64,000 nucleotides of DNA from Felis catus (lineage: Eukaryota). This document shows, in pieces, positions 50,471 to 62,401 of the stretch. The notes under the pieces were generated by a model. That model saw only the letters and a list, made by a program, of their open reading frames with translations, was not told the origin of the DNA and ran no database searches. Position 1 is the stretch's first letter; each line of letters starts with the position of its first letter. The translations under genes were made by a program, and so were the position numbers. The stretch covers positions 200,138,001-200,202,000 of the forward strand of contig NC_058368.1 of assembly GCF_018350175.1 (NCBI RefSeq), written 5' to 3'.

Positions 50471-51766
50471 CACTTCATCAAAGAAAACAAAGATGTTAAG
50501 TAAGCATATGAAAAGATGCTTATGTCACATGTCATTGGAGAATTGCAAATTAAAGCAATGAGATACCTCTACACACATATTATGTTGATGAAAGTCCAAG
50601 ACACTGATACCACCAAATGCTGGCAAGGATGGGAGCAACAGGAACTCTCATTCATATCTATGAGAATGGTGCAGCCACTTTGGAAGACAGTTCAGCAGTT
50701 CCTTACAAAACTAAACTGTGTTTAGTTTCCGTTTGATCTAGCAATGATTCTCCTTGGTATTTACTCAAAAAAGCTGAAACTTTATGTTCACAAAAAGGCT
50801 GTATATGGATATTTACAGCAGCTTTATTACTACTTGCCAAAACTTGGAGGCCACTAAGATGTCTTTCAGTAGGTGAGTGGATAAATAAACCGTGGTCCAT
50901 CTAGGCAATGGAATACTATTTAGCGCTAAAAAGAAATGAGCCTTCAAGACACAAAAAGGCATGGAGGAACTTAAATGCACATTACTAAGTGAAAGAAATC
51001 AATCTGAAAGGTTACATACCATATGGTTGCCACTTTATAGCATTCTGGGAAAGGAAAAACTATGGAGACATTACAAAGATCAGTGGTTATACAGGTTATA
51101 GGGAAGTGAGGGATGAATAGGCAGAGCACAGAGGATTTTTAGGACAATAAAACTATTTTCTATAATACCATAATGGTAGATACGTGTCACTGTGCATTTG
51201 TCAAAATGTAGAATGATGAACTCCAAGAATAAACCTTAATGTAAATGATGGATTTTGGGTGATGATGATGTGACAATGTGGGTACATTGATTGTAACACA
51301 TACCACTCTGTGCAACATGTTGACAGTGGGGGACATGATGCTTGTATAGGGGCAGGAGGTACAGTTGATTTGAACAATGTATGGGTTAGGGGTGCTGAAG
51401 CTCTGAGCATTTGAAAATCTGTGTATAACTTTTGACTCTTCCAAAACTTAACTACTCCCACTGTTGATGGAATGCTTTACTGATAACATAAACTCTCTAC
51501 TGACACATATTTTGTATGATTTATGTATCATATACTGTATTCTTACAATAAAGTAAGCTAGAAAAAAGAAACTATTATTAAGAAAATCATCAGGAAGAGA
51601 AAATAAATTTCTAGTACTGTACTGTATTTATTGAAAAAATCCATGCATAAATGGACCTGGGCAGTTCAAACCCATGTTGTTCAAGGGTCAACTGTATATG
51701 GGAACTCAGTACTTTCTGCTTCATTGTGCTGTGAGCCTAAAACTGCTCTAAAAAATAAAGTCTATT
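50471..51766 (+). mobile_element. L1MC1/2-like 3' fragment inserted in Charlie1
   Basis: ORF2 remnant 50516..50725 (CWQGWEQQEL...VQPLWKTV); 3' end 'gctgtgagcctaaaactgctctaaaaaataaagtctatt'; TSD aaaaatca(t/c)tt(a/g)tg at 50457-50470 and 51767-51780. Confidence 0.88.
51362..51694. mobile_element. Tigger2a-like TcMar MITE inserted in the L1MC 3'UTR
   Basis: TIRs cagttga(t)ttgaacaa ... ttgttcaagggtcaactg, flanked by TA at 51360-51361 and 51695-51696. Confidence 0.9.
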
Positions 51767-53676
51767 AAAAATCACTTGTGGGTAAAGTTTTCATACAAAA
51801 TGACATAATAAAAATTTCCACGCAGATGATAAGGAATTTTAATGGAACAGGGTACAAAAAAAATTCATTGATATGGTTACAGAGTCCACATAACAATGAA
51901 TCTTTAGGATACTACCACTTTCTGAGTTTTGCCATAGTACTAAGAAAGAACATCCACAATTATGTGAAAAATCTATTAAAATACTTCTCCCTTTTCCAAC
52001 TACAAATCCTTGTGAGGTCTGATTTTCTTCATTTACTTCAACCAAAATAACATACTGTTACAGATTAAATGTAAATGCAGATGTAAGAATCCAGCTATCT
52101 TCAGTTAGGAAACACATTAAATTTGAAAAAAAGATAAAACAATGCCATTCTTTTCATTATTGTTTTAAAAAGTATAGTTATTTTTCGTAAAACTATCATT
52201 TGTTTTACATGTAAAATGTTTTTTATCATTTAAAATTAATGCATAATTTTTTAAAATGTCTCAGTTTTAATTTTTAATATGGTAAATATCAATTGACAGA
52301 ATCCACATAAACCAAAGCTCTTTGGACTCCTCAATAATTATTAAGAGTGTAGAAGTGTCCTGAGACCAAAACATTTGGGCAATCCTGAACTGCAGTAAAA
52401 CAATGCCTTGTATGCTTGTTAAAATTGTACTTCATATTTTATTCACTGTACTTCATATATTTAAATTTCTTGTTTCTAAGTCACTTCAATGATTGAATTT
52501 CTAGAAATTTAACAATTAGTATTAGTTTAATTAATTTAGTTATGCTGACTAATGTTTTATGCACTTCTTTCCCAAGTTGCCTGAAATAAGAGCTCCCAAA
52601 TTATATGGCTGTTTATTCTGCTAATTTGTTTTGTCAAGAAAACACATGTTATTCTTTTTCTAATTATGAAATTCAAGGGTTAGTGCTTTTGGAAAAATAA
52701 AACTTTTATCTTTATTTTTCTGGGAGAACAATGTATCTTCCATTTAGCATATAGGGACTCTATGCATATTATGAAGATAAATAAGCATTAATGTAAATTC
52801 AATTGACTGGTTTATATGTAGAGCAAAATATATAAGGAGACAAAATTCTCCAGTTTATACAAAATGAACACAAAATCCAAACAAGTGACTAAAATGTCAG
52901 TCAACAGTCAGTATTAATATGTGTGCCTTGGCCAAAAGTAAGAACTATTTTTAGACAAAATACATCATACACTCTACAAAATCATAACAAAAGATGTTGT
53001 ACATTTTTTCTAGCCAGTTTGATTTAATTTAATCTTTTCATATTTAAAGGAAAAATAAGTATAATGTAAAGACTATCCACTTAAGATTTTCAATAATTCT
53101 CTGAATCTTGTCATTGTTGATGAACTAGAAAAGCACATGACACCCAGGTGAAAGTTTGAGTTCATTTTCCTTCCTCAGAGATCCTAGATGTCTGATGTGT
53201 TTTTTTTTTTTTTTTTTCTTTATGATTGTGACACCACATGAGCTGTGCCTATTAGGTCATATTTTTAATGAAACTGACTTTCAGTTCAAAAGGCATTCAA
53301 CTTTATCGAGTAATCAATCAAATCACTCCATGTGGTCATTTAAGGTTAGTGCAGAGCATCTTTCTATTCATGGCTTTTCTGATTTCATTTTAGCTTAGAG
53401 AAAAAGTTACTCCAGTATGTTATTTTTCTTTTAGGTAAACTTTCCTATCAACATATTCCTAAATAAGTTACTGATAAGTATTCAAAAAAAGCATAATAGA
53501 CAGTGATAGAATGGACCTTAAATTTCTCCTAACACCCATATTTTACTGATAATGAAACTAATGACACATGATCTGTTTGCCATTTTATTACAGACACTGA
53601 TTATTAGCTTTGTTGTGGAAAATATTCAACATTCATTGAAAAACATTATTGGTGAAGGGAAATTTTAGTTTTAATT

Positions 53677-53891
53677 TTAATTTTTGTTTTTACATTTATT
53701 ATTGAGAGACAGAGAGAGACACAGCACAGGTGGGGGAGGGGTAGAGAGAGAAGGAGACCCAGAATCCGAAGCAGGCTCTAGGTTCTGAGCTGTCAGCACA
53801 GGGCCCGACACGGGGCTCGAACCCACGAACTGTGAGTTCGTGACCTGAGCCGAAGTCGGACGCTTAACTGACTGAGCCATCCAGGTGCCCC
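53677..53891 (-). mobile_element. Can-SINE (SINEC_Fc-type)
   Basis: Reverse SINEC; TSD agttttaatt at 53667-53676 and 53893-53902. Confidence 0.95.
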
Positions 53892-56354
53892 AAGTTTTAA
53901 TTAATTAACAAGTCATGGACACAAACCAAGCTTATCAAACTGTAGGGGAGCCACTGTGCATGGCTTGGTCTTCAAATACAGACAGATAAGGCATAGAGGG
54001 CACTGCAACTGATGAATTAAAATGCTGCTTGGTAATGGAGAGAAGCATTTTAAGTAAGACTCTAAGTAGGAATAGCTTTTTCACACTAAAAGAGCTTTAA
54101 ACCCAACAGGCCAACCACTTAGCAAGCACCATAGCAGGTATTAAAAGTTGAATGCTCCAGACCAAAGCATCCTTTAGGACCAGAGATGCAGAGAGACAGA
54201 GCATTGCACTGTGATACAGCACTGCATGGGAAGAACTACCATCTTAACAGATTAGGAGGTAGCAGAATCTTCTTGGAAGGCAAGCCTTAGTATTCAGTAA
54301 CCATTCTTAAGTCAAGTGCATAAGCAATAAATAGTTAAAAGTAAGAGTTCTGAAGTGAAAAGTGGGCATCCTTACATAGCCCAGCCTAGTGGGACCACAT
54401 TAGTATCGGAGTCACAGAAGATTTAAGAGGGCTATTCTAGAGACTACTGCCTGAGCCATGCTTGTTAAGGGTTTCATCATCATTTCCTAAGTGAGGAGGA
54501 AATGGAACTTTAATAAGAATCTACTGTGCTTTGTCATATTCTCTGTACATAGGTATCAGAGTATATAATTCCCATTGTGAAAGCGGGTTTAGATATTACC
54601 AACTGATCATTCTGTTGTTTTTATAACAAACTCTTCTAGTCTTTTAGGTAGATATATAGGTATTTGATTGGAACAGTGGATTTGTCTGAATATTTGAATC
54701 AGGATTCTGGTACTCAGAATGGGCAAGAAAAGATAGCGCCCCATCCGGACTATTCTGAATCACTGGCCCAAGTTCTCTTTATATGGACCCCTCCCTAGAG
54801 AATCTGACTTGTTCAGTGTTACCTCTGTGAAGCTCTGCTGTAGTGTTAATTATCTCAGAGTTCATTGTTTTGATAATTTCACGCTTCAGCAGAATACCAT
54901 GCATTGCAAGCATGCAGAAAACAGCTTTTCAATTTGCAAAGAAATCCCTCAACAAGATTTTAGCAAAAGCTATTTGCAATAGTCCAAGAAAAAAATTCCT
55001 TTTACATAACAAAGCATTATTTCCAAGATTTAATTTTGTCATTACTTTTCGTTTTCTGTAAAGACTGCTTGATACAAAAGGTCAAGGTATCAGCAAAACA
55101 TAGACAGATTTTTGCTGAATGACACAAACCTGTCAGAATGCTGAGCTTTGATGTTCCATTAAGTGATCGATGCAGATTACTGACTTTTGGCTAAATGCTA
55201 CTCAACCAGATAAGGTCAATACCTGTTAGTTCATTGGTGGAATAATTAATCAATCAATACAGGATGCTTGAAGTCAGGGAGAATTATTGCTAGGCTTGTA
55301 TCTCCGGCTTTGGTCACAGAAATTATTTAAAAACATCCTTGCAGCATTAACCCCCTCTGTGCAGGGTTTATTGTAACATTATGTATCCAGGGGAAGGAAA
55401 GAAAAAATTCTAGTGAGCAGCACATCTTGCAACCTTGAGCTCCCCAGAAGGAAAAGCCTCTAACAAGCTGAGTGCATCATCATTAGTTCTTCCTTTCACA
55501 TCATCGCACTCTGCTTGTAAAATAATTACATGCAATTTTTCTATTTTACAGTTGGACCACATGACTCCCTGTTCTTTTTGCACAGTGACTCACCCCTCCC
55601 CCAGACTGCTTAGTTGAAGGCTGGAACTGCTCACCTTTAAACATCTCAGCCGGAGGCTTTTATGGTGGCTGGCTACGGTATTTCCTAAGAGCTAAAAAAA
55701 TAATCCATCTGGTTCACAGAAAAATTCTCTCTCCTATTTCTTATTTCCAATGCAACCAAAACTTCCTTCTTAGAATGCACTATGCAAGGATTTTTTGTAT
55801 TTTTCTAAGTTGTATAGTTGCAATGTCTTTGAACTGGTGAGTTTGGTACAATTCATAATACTTCTCGCTAAGGTTAATTACTTACTGGTTTTAGTTACTT
55901 GCTGGTTTTTATTCTATGAGATCAAATGATCTTTTCTGTATAACTTTATAAGCTATTATTATTTTTGCAGAACTAATGACAACACATTTATCCATTTCTA
56001 CAGTTATTGCATATTTAGTATGACCCAGGCATAGTATTGATCTTTGCTCTCAAGAAATCTAGACATTTAAGGTGTATTCAGGTTTTCACATCATTTCTAC
56101 TTATCTTACTCCATTTAATTCTCTCATATCCCTGTGAGACAGGTAGTTGAAGGATTAGGAGAAATGTATTACTTAGCAAATGACTTAGAAACAGAACACA
56201 GAATTCCTAGATCTTCAGGAATCTAGGGTGAAACTATTGACAATTTTCACTCAAGTGATATAAACAATACCCCCAATATGATACAGCATGAGGCCTCTGC
56301 CAGCCATAAAGTCTCTTTGTGTAAAGTCACTTCCTTCATGTAAAAACACAAGTA

Positions 56355-56545
56355 GAGGCACCTGGGTAGCTCAGTCAGTTAAGTGTCCAACTCTTGATTT
56401 TGGCTCAGGTCATGATTCACACACGGTTCATGAGATCGAGCCCTGGGTCGGGCTCTGCCCTGACCTGATTAGGATTCTCTCTCTCCCCCTCTCTCTCTGC
56501 CCCTCCTCTGCTTGCACTCTCTCAAAATAAATAAATAAACATTAA
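56355..56545 (+). mobile_element. Can-SINE followed by (CA)9
   Basis: Forward SINEC; the tail runs into a CA repeat at 56547-56564. Confidence 0.92.
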
Positions 56546-56621
56546 ACACACACACACACACACATGTAGTAGAGGGGAAAAAAAGAGAAAAATTAAGTTA
56601 AAAATATTATTACACATCAGA

Positions 56622-56801
56622 GGGGTGCCTGGGTGGCTCAGTCGGTTAAGCCTCTGACTTCAGCTCCAGTCATGATTTCACATTGGTGAGTTCAAGCCCC
56701 GAGTCAGGCTCTCTGCTGTCAGCTGTCAACACAGAGCCTGCTTCGGGTCCTGTCTCTTCTCTCTCTGCCCCTCCCCCACTCTCAAAAATAAATAAACATT
56801 A
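56622..56801 (+). mobile_element. Can-SINE
   Basis: Forward SINEC; TSD aaaaatattattaca(c/t)atc at 56600-56618 and 56802-56820. Confidence 0.94.
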
Positions 56802-57299
56802 AAAAATATTATTACATATCCGAAACAATCTAATTCAGCTGAGCTCTGCCAAGACAAGCTCTGAACACCTCTACCTGTACTCTCATCTACTTCCCCACAC
56901 CTCAGATCGCCCACATCATAGCAATCACAAGCAGAGTCAAAATGAGATGACAAGGTCAGCTGCACAGTTGAGGTAGGAATGAGAATTGAGTTTCTCAAAG
57001 CCACCAGTTGGGTAGTAAGAGAAATGACATGAGGATATGCCTGGCCCACGGTTGGGGCATGGTGCTGGCACACTAATGGGTGCACTAGGAAACAGGTGTG
57101 TATTCTCTTCTCAAGAGGGTTCGTGTGGGGTTACAAAGTAGTGGGATCTCCCTCACAGAGCAGGACTCCTCTGTGAGGTGTGCAATTTCCACCTCCATGC
57201 TTTCCTGCCCACGCACTTTCAAACAGCATAGAATGTGACTATTGTGTGAATTGTGAACACTGAGATGTGGTACTTAATACAGTGCATAATCCAACTCAT

Positions 57300-58159
57300 A
57301 GTTTAGGTTGTGTTGCCCCAAAAGCTGATTTTGCAATTTTTGTTACTCTTATCATTCTTAGATGGAATCCATGGCCTGCCCCCTTGAATCAGGGTGTTTT
57401 CCGTGTCAACTCAATGTTGCAGATGTAACTCTGTATACATTTCTGGTCCCAAATATTAAAACATTGGCAGCTTCCACCAGCTGAGTCTCAGAGCACTCTC
57501 CCTGTGAACCCTATGGTGTCAGGTAAGAAGCATGAATACCCTGAGATCTCATGCTGGAGAGACCAAAAGTTGGCATTTTCACTGGTAGTCCCAGCTAAGT
57601 CCAGCCTTTCAGCCATCCCTGCCAATTCATCAAGTATGCAAGTGGAACCATCTCAGATAACACAGACCAACCAATCCACCAGCTGACTACCAACTGGGCT
57701 CAGTCAAAACAGAAGAATCACCCAACAGGGTCCAGCTTGAATTTCTGATCAACAAAACTGTGAGCAAAACCAAGTGGTTGTTATTTTAAGCCAGTATGTT
57801 TTGAGGTAATTTGTTACACAATGATAGGTCACTCAAACAGGTGATAATCAAAGCAAGTACTGATAGGAGCACAGGGAAGTGGGACAGGAGAAGGAAGGAA
57901 GGCAATATATAGAATCCATTAATCAACAGGTTCTGTGGGTAACTGACCTTCAGTCCCCCAAGTGGAATTCAGCTCAGGGTTGAGGGCTATTTCTGGGGCT
58001 GGGTTGGAATTCTTGCTCATTCTGCTTGCAGGCTTAATGTGTTCCTGAGCGCAGAGAAAGGCTTCAGACAGGGTCCAGCATGTGCAGTTAAGAAGCTGAG
58101 GGTATACACATAAAGGTGAGTACCAAGGGAGAAGGGTGGGAGTGACAGAATCTGCTACA
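57300..58159. mobile_element. LTR33-like ERVL LTR, interrupted by MLT1
   Basis: 'tttaggttgtgttgccccaaaagc' before the MLT1, and 'gggaagtgggacaggagaaggaaggaaggcaata...ctgtgggtaactga...atctgctaca' after it. Confidence 0.55.
57335..57839 (+). mobile_element. MaLR LTR (MLT1H-like)
   Basis: 'cccccttgaatcaggg', 'ccagcctttcagccatccctgcc', 'cagaagaatcaccca', 'gttgttattttaagccagtatgttttgaggtaatttgttacaca'. Confidence 0.75.
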
Positions 58160-58383
58160 ACATGTAGGGTCTTTGAAAGCAGTTTTAGGGAGAATACACC
58201 ATTGTTGCTTGAGAATTTTTTTGTGCCAAACACACAAGTGACTGCAGTATTCTGCTTTTATTTCATACTCTCAGGGACTTAATTACTTAAGGCCCAACTC
58301 AAATAGCATCTATCCTTAGATGCCCTCTTTGACCTACTCTAAGTAAAATTAGTCCTTCCTGCATCTGATACTCCATGACATGC

Positions 58384-58526
58384 TTCTAAAATTCAGGTCA
58401 ATAACACTGAGGGTCTTATCATGTTTTGTCATAATTTAGTAGCAGTCCCCTCGATTTCTAAAATTCAGGTCAATAGCACTGAGGGCCTTATCATGTTTTG
58501 TCATAATTTAGTGTCAGTCCCTCGAT
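58384..58526 (+). repeat. Tandem duplication, 72/71-bp unit x2
   Basis: 58384-58455 versus 58456-58526: 4 substitutions and 1 indel. Confidence 0.95.
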
Positions 58527-59100
58527 TTCCAGACCCCCTTCAGTGTATCTAAACTCCAGTAAGGAAACAGACTGATGGGGCAAGTTTTATGGGTCTTTTT
58601 CATTTATTATATTGGGACCTAATGGGAGGCTTGAGAGGTGACACACAGAAGATGCTCAAGCCTTGCTTATTGTATTATTGAAGTAAATATTTCACTTGCC
58701 TTTTGCCTTTTCAAAACTACTTACATCTCATTAAAAATAAAGCAGAAAAGTCCCTATATATTCTAATTTAAACATATTTTCAACAAAAATCTACTGCATC
58801 AAGTAAGTCATATTTATTTGACAGATATATTATGGGGAAGTAGACACATAGCAACAACGGTAAAAACAAATATCCTCCAAGATTCTTGGTAGTCTGCCAG
58901 TTCTCCTGAGGTCTTTGGTGATATAACAATGACCAAGGGATTGTAGGGACAGGGAAAATGTGGCCTCTGCTTAGGGAGTTATTTTTGGCTTATCTCTTAA
59001 AGATTTTGAATCATTACACCAGATAATACATGCAGCAAGAAAGTGTTATTTGAAAGACAATTGGTGTATTCACCAAGAGTTTCCAAATCCCTTTAAAAAA

Positions 59101-59568
59101 TCTCAACAATAGCCAAATTGTGGAAAGAGCCTAAATGTCCATCAACTGATGAATGGATAAAGAAATTGTGGTTTATATATACAATGGAGTACTATGTGGC
59201 AATGAGAAAGAATGAAATATAGCCCTTGGTAGCAACGTGGATGGAGCTGGAGAGTGTGATGCTAAGTGAAATAAGCCATACAGAGAAAGACAGATACCAT
59301 ATGTTTTCACTCTTATGTGGATCCTGAGAAACTTAACAGAAACCCATGGGGGAGGGGAAGGGGGGGGAAAAAAAAACAAAGAGGTTAGAGTGGGAGAGAG
59401 CCAAAGCATAAGAGACTCTTAAAAACTGAGAACAAACTGAGGATTGATGGGGGGGGGGGGTGGGAGGGAGGGGGGATAGGTGATGGGTATTGAAGAGGGC
59501 ATCTTTTGGGATGAGCATTGGGTGTTGTATGGAAACCAATTTGGCAATAAATTTCATATATTAAAAAA
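59101..59568 (+). mobile_element. Felid L1 3' end (relatively young)
   Basis: 'aacaatagccaaattgtggaaagagcctaaatgtccatcaactgatgaatggataaag', G-rich 3'UTR, 'aataaatttcatatattaaaaaaa'; TSD about aaaaaatc(t/c)ca. Confidence 0.94.
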
Positions 59569-59699
59569 ATCCCATAATGTAAACATACTGGTATATAAAT
59601 AAGCCCATTTTGTTTGGGTAGTTCTTGCAACACAGACTATAAAGTCATACAAGCCAAAGATAAGGCCTTAGCTCTTCACTAATTTGTGATTAGGATACC

Positions 59700-60410
59700 A
59701 CAAGTATCTTTTGCATTTGTCTTTTTTCACTTAACATCTTTTGGTTTTCACTCATATTGTAGTATATATGAGTATTCAATTCCTTTTTATTGCTGTATAG
59801 TATCTCATTGTGTAAGTATGTCATATATTTTTATATGAATTCACCAGATGATGGACATTTGTTTCCATTTTGAGGCTATTGTGAATAATATTATGATCAT
59901 TTACATACAATGTTTAGGTTAATATGAGTTTTCATTTCTCTTGGGTTCAATTCCCACCTAGGAATTGAATTGTTGGGTTGTATGGTAGGTTTATGTTTAA
60001 CTTAGTAAGAAACTGTCAAACTGCTTTGCAAAATGGCTGTGTCATTTTACATTTCTATAATCAGTGCATGATGATTCCAGTTTTATGAATCCTTGACATT
60101 AGTCTGTCTTTTAATTATCACCCTTTTAGTGGGTGTGAAGTGTATGTCACTGTGGTTTAAGTATGCATTTTCCTAACGGATAATGTTATTGAGCACTAGT
60201 TTCATGTTCTTAATTAGTTATTCTTTGGTAATGTATCTGTTTACGCCTTTACTCATTTTTTGAGTTGTCTGTCATCTTATTACGGAGTTCTTTACATGTT
60301 CTAAATATAAAGCGTTCATCAGATATAAGATTTGAAATATTTTCTCCTAGTCTGTGGATTATCTTTTCATTTTTTTCATGGTGTCTTTGAAGCACTAAAG
60401 ATTTTAATCA
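59700..60410 (-). mobile_element. Old L1M ORF2/3'UTR fragment
   Basis: Reverse L1 motifs 'tttttattgctgtatagtatctcattgtg', 'gatggacatttg', 'aagaaactgtcaaactgctttgcaaaatggctgtgtcattttacatt'. Confidence 0.85.
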
Positions 60411-60468
60411 CACTGTTTTAAGAAATTGTTTTATAAGTCAATCTTTACTACTAATATCCTTTTCAAAA

Positions 60469-60674
60469 AATGTTTATTTATTTCTTTTGAGAGAGGGAGA
60501 GAGTGCACATGAGTGGGAGAGAAGCAGAGAGAGAGAGGAGAGAGAATCCCAAGCAGGCTCTGTGCTGTCAGTGTAGAGCCTGACACGGGGCTTGAACTCC
60601 TGAACTGTGAGATCATGACCTGGGCTGAAATCAAGAGTCAGATGCTTAACCAGCTGAGCCACCCAGGTGCCCCC
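60469..60674 (-). mobile_element. Can-SINE
   Basis: Reverse SINEC; TSD ctaatatc at 60451-60458 and 60678-60685. Confidence 0.94.
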
Positions 60675-62016
60675 CTCCTAATATCTCAGCAGAAAGTTGA
60701 GCACATGTATTGATACGTCCACCTACTTGCACAATGCTCCTTAAGAATTATTGAGAAACTGCATGGGCTAAGCACTGGTCTAAGTTCTTTGAATGGATTA
60801 ATCCTTGTAGGAAATCTATGGTACAGGTATTATCAAAACTTAAGTTCAGCATAGTAAGTTATTCTTAAAGTCACAGGGAGGAGGTGGCAAGACTGAGATT
60901 CTGACCCTGGAGTTCACACCCTCAATCCCCACACTGCTTTTCTCTTAATTAGTATAAGAGATTATTAAAATCAGGGTATGAAAATATGTGCTTTTCTACT
61001 TATTGGCTAATGAATTCATTGGCTAATGAATTTCATATTATCACATAGTCATTGAACTCAAGATAAAAATACTCAAAATACTCAAAAAAAAAACCCTAAA
61101 AAACTTGTGAACATGAAGTTGAATTACTACTAAATTCAAGTGATGAGTAATCACAGGGACCTATTTGGTCACCAGGATTTCAGCTCTCAAATTATTTTTC
61201 CTTTGATGGAAATAACAATGTGAACTGTTGGTGCAAAGTCCTCTGTTTTGAGAGCAGCGATTGTGGGTAAATGAACTGGCTGAATGGCTCTCAGATTCCT
61301 CATGAAGTGATTGCACCTGTTTTATAGTATGGTTATGAGAAACAAGTAACAGATGTTATTAAAAAAATGCATCATGCTTTATAAATACACCTGTAAAATA
61401 AGATTACTAGTACATTAGTCATAGGTAAGAGTCAATGAGATGATTTTCATAAAGGATTTTGCCTAGTGTCTGGGAACTAGTTAGATGCTTGAAAAAGTAG
61501 CTATAATAATTTTTGCACTTTTTATGAGCCACAACTTGCTTCCTTTCTGTTCTGCTTTCAACTTTCCTGATTTGATACGCATTTATTCAAATATATTTAC
61601 TTCTAGTAAATACCTTCACAAAGCTTACATACTGTCTTGTCAAATGGCCTGATTTAAATACATGAGCACTTTAGGGAAGTTTATGTATGACATAAAAACT
61701 TTTACACACAAAACCATCACCCTGTTCCATAGAATCGACACTTATGTAAAGGAAATACTAATATTCAGTATAACTATTTTTTTTAAATATGGTCTTAGAA
61801 AAGTATATGAGAATGAAGTCAATGTTGGCTAAAGTTAGACAAAAGAAAGATTGGTACATTTTAATTTTTTTCTCTTTTTTTCATTTTAGTAGCAAACAAA
61901 GCAGGATAAATAACTGATTTATTTTTACATCATTAAGAACTTACTTTTCAAAACACAGATGAAACTTCATAAATGTTCATGATACAGAGAGCTTCCTTTA
62001 TTTCAGTTTAGCTTTT

Positions 62017-62401
62017 CCAGCTTTATTGATGTATGATTGACAAATAAAAAGCAGGTATATTTAGATTACACAGCATGATTTTTAATAGGTGTATAATCTG
62101 AAGATTTAATATATGTACACATTGTGAAATGATTACCACAATCAAGTTAATTAACATTTCTATTACCTCGCATAGTTACATAGTTAACACTTTTTCTTTC
62201 TTCCTTCCTTCCTTCCTTCCTTCCTTCCTTCCTTCCTTCCTTCCTTCCTTCCTTCCTTCCTTCCTTCTTTGCTGTTGATAACACTTGAGATCTACTCTCT
62301 TGGAAAATTTTAAGTATATTATACAGTAATATACTATTATTAACTATAATCACCATGCTGTATATTAGATTCTCACAACTAATTCATCTTATAACTGAAA
62401 G
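62017..62401 (-). mobile_element. L1MA8/9-like 3' end containing (TTCC)n
   Basis: 'cagctttattga...tacacattgtgaaatgattaccacaatcaagttaattaaca...gatctactctctt...caccatgctgtatattagat...catcttataactgaaa'. Confidence 0.85.
62199..62267 (+). repeat. (TTCC)n microsatellite
   Basis: Direct reading; explains the KEGR-repeat ORF 62147..62356. Confidence 0.95.

Larger units (their letters stand above)
49681..52387 (+). mobile_element. Charlie1(a) hAT DNA transposon, split by a nested L1
   Basis: 5' arm 'ataataatgctaagacattatttgcc'; transposase remnant ORF 50227..50430 (DEMCQHLEDL); resumes at about 51781 with 'aacatccacaattatgtgaaaaatctattaaaatacttctcccttttccaactaca'; ends 'gtcctgagaccaaaacatttgggcaatcctg'. 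Confidence 0.85.

Noticed and set aside
55090..55118. miRNA-like hairpin (also 4928-4957)
   Set aside because: Stems of only 9-10 bp, far too short for a pre-miRNA
59347..59480. G-quadruplex-like G tracts
   Set aside because: Known G-rich tract of the L1 3'UTR, not a separate element
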